Of a stretch of 64,000 nt of DNA, positions 61,963 through 64,000 are shown in pieces (position 1 is the stretch's first letter; every line of letters starts with the position of its first letter). The notes below the pieces were generated by a model. It did not search any database, was not told where the DNA came from, and saw nothing but the letters and a program-made list of their open reading frames with translations. Position numbers and translations under genes: made by a program. This DNA is from Torpedo marmorata (lineage: Eukaryota): NCBI GenBank assembly GCA_977017645.1, contig OZ360234.1, forward strand, positions 17,546,001 through 17,610,000, written 5' to 3'.

Positions 61963-62940
61963 ATCAGAATCAGATTTTATTGTCATGAACAAGTCATGAA
62001 ATTCGGTGTTTTTGCGGCAGCATCACAGTGCAATTAACATTCATATTATAACCATCTTATGACATTACTATAAAAAATTATAAATAATAGTGCACGAAAA
62101 GTAAGGCAGTGTCTGGTTCATTGATTATTCAGGAATCTGATGGCAGCGGGGAAGAAGCTGTCCTTGTGCCGTTGAGTGCTCGTCTTTAGGCTCCTGTACC
62201 TTTTTCCCAATGGCAGCAGAGTGAAGAGGGCATGGCCTGGGTGGTAGGGGGCCTTGAGGATAGAGGCTGCTTTTTTAAGAGACCGCCTCATGTAGATGTC
62301 CTCGATGGAGTGAAGTTTGGTGCCTGTGATGTCACAGGCTGAGTTAACAACCCTCTGGAGTTTACTCTTGTCCTGAGAGTTGGCGCCTCCATACCAGGCA
62401 GTGATGCAACCAGCCAGAATGCTCTCCACGGTACACCTGTAGAAGTTTACAAGAGTCTTCGGTGACATACCGAATCTCCTCAGACACCTCACAAAGTATA
62501 GCCGCTGACGAGCCTTCTTTGTGATTGCATCAATGTGGAGGCTCCAGGATAGATCCTCGGAGATGTTGAAACCCAGGAATTTGAAGTTCTTGACCCTCTC
62601 CACTACTGAGCCCTCGATGAGGACTGGGTCATGTTCCTCTGACTTCCTCCTGAAGTCCACAATCACCTCCTTGGTTTTGCTGACGTTGAGCTCAAGGTTG
62701 TTGTCGTTACACCATTCAACGAGCTGATCTATCTTCCTCCTGTACGCTTCCTCATTGCCGTTTGTGATTCTGCCAACAACTGTGGTGTCATCGGCAAACT
62801 TGTAGATGGCATTGGAATTGTGCCTGGCCACACAGTCATGGGTGTATAACGAGTAGAGCAGTGGACTAAGCACGCATCCTTGGGGTGCGCCTGTGTTGAT
62901 AATCAGTGAGGAGGAGACGTTGTTTCCAATTCGTACTGAC
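61963..62940 (-). mobile_element. young Rex-Babar LINE 3' portion
   Basis: Uninterrupted 274-aa [36 protein letters not shown] plus tail. Confidence 0.93.
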
Positions 62941-64000
62941 ACCTTCTATGCCCGCTTTGAGAAGAACAAAACAGTGCCTAATAGAATCCCTGAAAAGGCT
63001 GAGGACCCTGTGATATCTGTCTCTGAGGGCGACGTCAGAACATCATTCAAGAGGGTGAACCCTCGCAAGGCGTCAGGCCCTGACGGCGTACCTGGCAGGG
63101 TATTGAAAATCTGCGCCAACCAACTAGCCGGAGTGTTCACGGACATTTTCAACCTCTCATTGCGGCAGTCAGAGGTTCCCACCTGCTTCAAAAGGGCATC
63201 AATCATCCCGGTACCCAAGAAGAGTAGTGTGAGCTGCCTCAACGACTACCGCCCAGTAGCACTAACTTCTACTGTGATGAAATGCTTTGAGAGGCTGGTC
63301 ATGGCCAGAATTAACACATACCTAAGCAAAGATCTGGACCCACTGCAATTCGCCTATCGCCACAATCGCTCCACAGCAGATGCAATATCGCTGGCTCTCC
63401 ACTCAGCTCTGGATCACCTCGAAAACAGCAATTCATACATACGGTTGCTCTTCATCGACTACAGCTCGGCCTTCAATACATTATTCCCTCAGTGCTGGTC
63501 AAGAAGCTACTAACTCTAGGCCTCTGTACCCCCCTCTGCAACTGGATCCTTGACTTTCTCATCGGAAGATCACAGTCAGTACAAATTGGAAACAACGTCT
63601 CCTCCTCACTGATTATCAACACAGGCGCACCCCAAGGATGCGTGCTTAGTCCACTGCTCTACTCGTTATACACTCATGACTGTGGCCAGGCACAATTCCA
63701 ATGCCATCTACAAGTTTGCCGATGACACCTCAGTTGTCGGCAGAATCACAAACGGCAATGAGGAAGTGTACAGGAGGGAGATAGATCAGCTCGTTGAATG
63801 GTGTAATGACAACAACCTTGAGCTCAACGTCAGCAAAACCAAGGAGATGATTGTGGACTTCCGGAGGAAGTCAGGGGAACATGACCCAGTCCTCATCGAG
63901 GGCTCAGTCGTGGAGAGGGTCAAGAACTTCAAATTCCTGGGTGTCAACATCTCCGAGGATCTGTCCTGGAGCATCCACGTGGATGCAATCACAAAGAAGG
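62941..64000 (+). mobile_element. young Rex-Babar LINE, inverted relative to its neighbour, runs off the window
   Basis: [52 protein letters not shown] and KFADD; two frameshifts. Confidence 0.93.

Overview
This is vertebrate nuclear DNA, not prokaryotic. The mix of CR1, L1, Rex-Babar, Neptune-type Penelope elements and tRNA/V-domain SINEs points to a cartilaginous fish, probably a ray or skate (inference). Most of the window is transposable elements, often nested, with target-site duplications (TSDs) that can be read directly. Host genes are: (i) SNRNP35 (U11/U12-35K), a single coding exon at 46378-47142 (+); (ii) the last eight coding exons of a cationic amino acid transporter most like SLC7A3/CAT-3 on the minus strand (52824-61498), whose final intron has a GC donor; (iii) a CpG-rich housekeeping-type promoter at about 18.9-19.5 kb with a possible first exon of an unidentified minus-strand gene. 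The most interesting structures are as follows. Two full-length 4.6-kb Gypsy LTR retrotransposons sit in tandem and lack a tRNA primer-binding site (PBS). Each instead has a PBS complementary to its own LTR across the AATAAA, with compensatory changes between the two elements, which suggests self-priming. Both hide an antisense YY1/ETS motif cluster in the gag-protease linker. A roughly 850-bp GC-rich, hairpin-rich non-coding retroelement occurs five times and shares its 3' tail with a 5S rRNA-headed SINE. The Penelope copies carry variant minimal hammerhead ribozymes. All calls come from reading the sequence only, and boundaries of decayed repeats are approximate.
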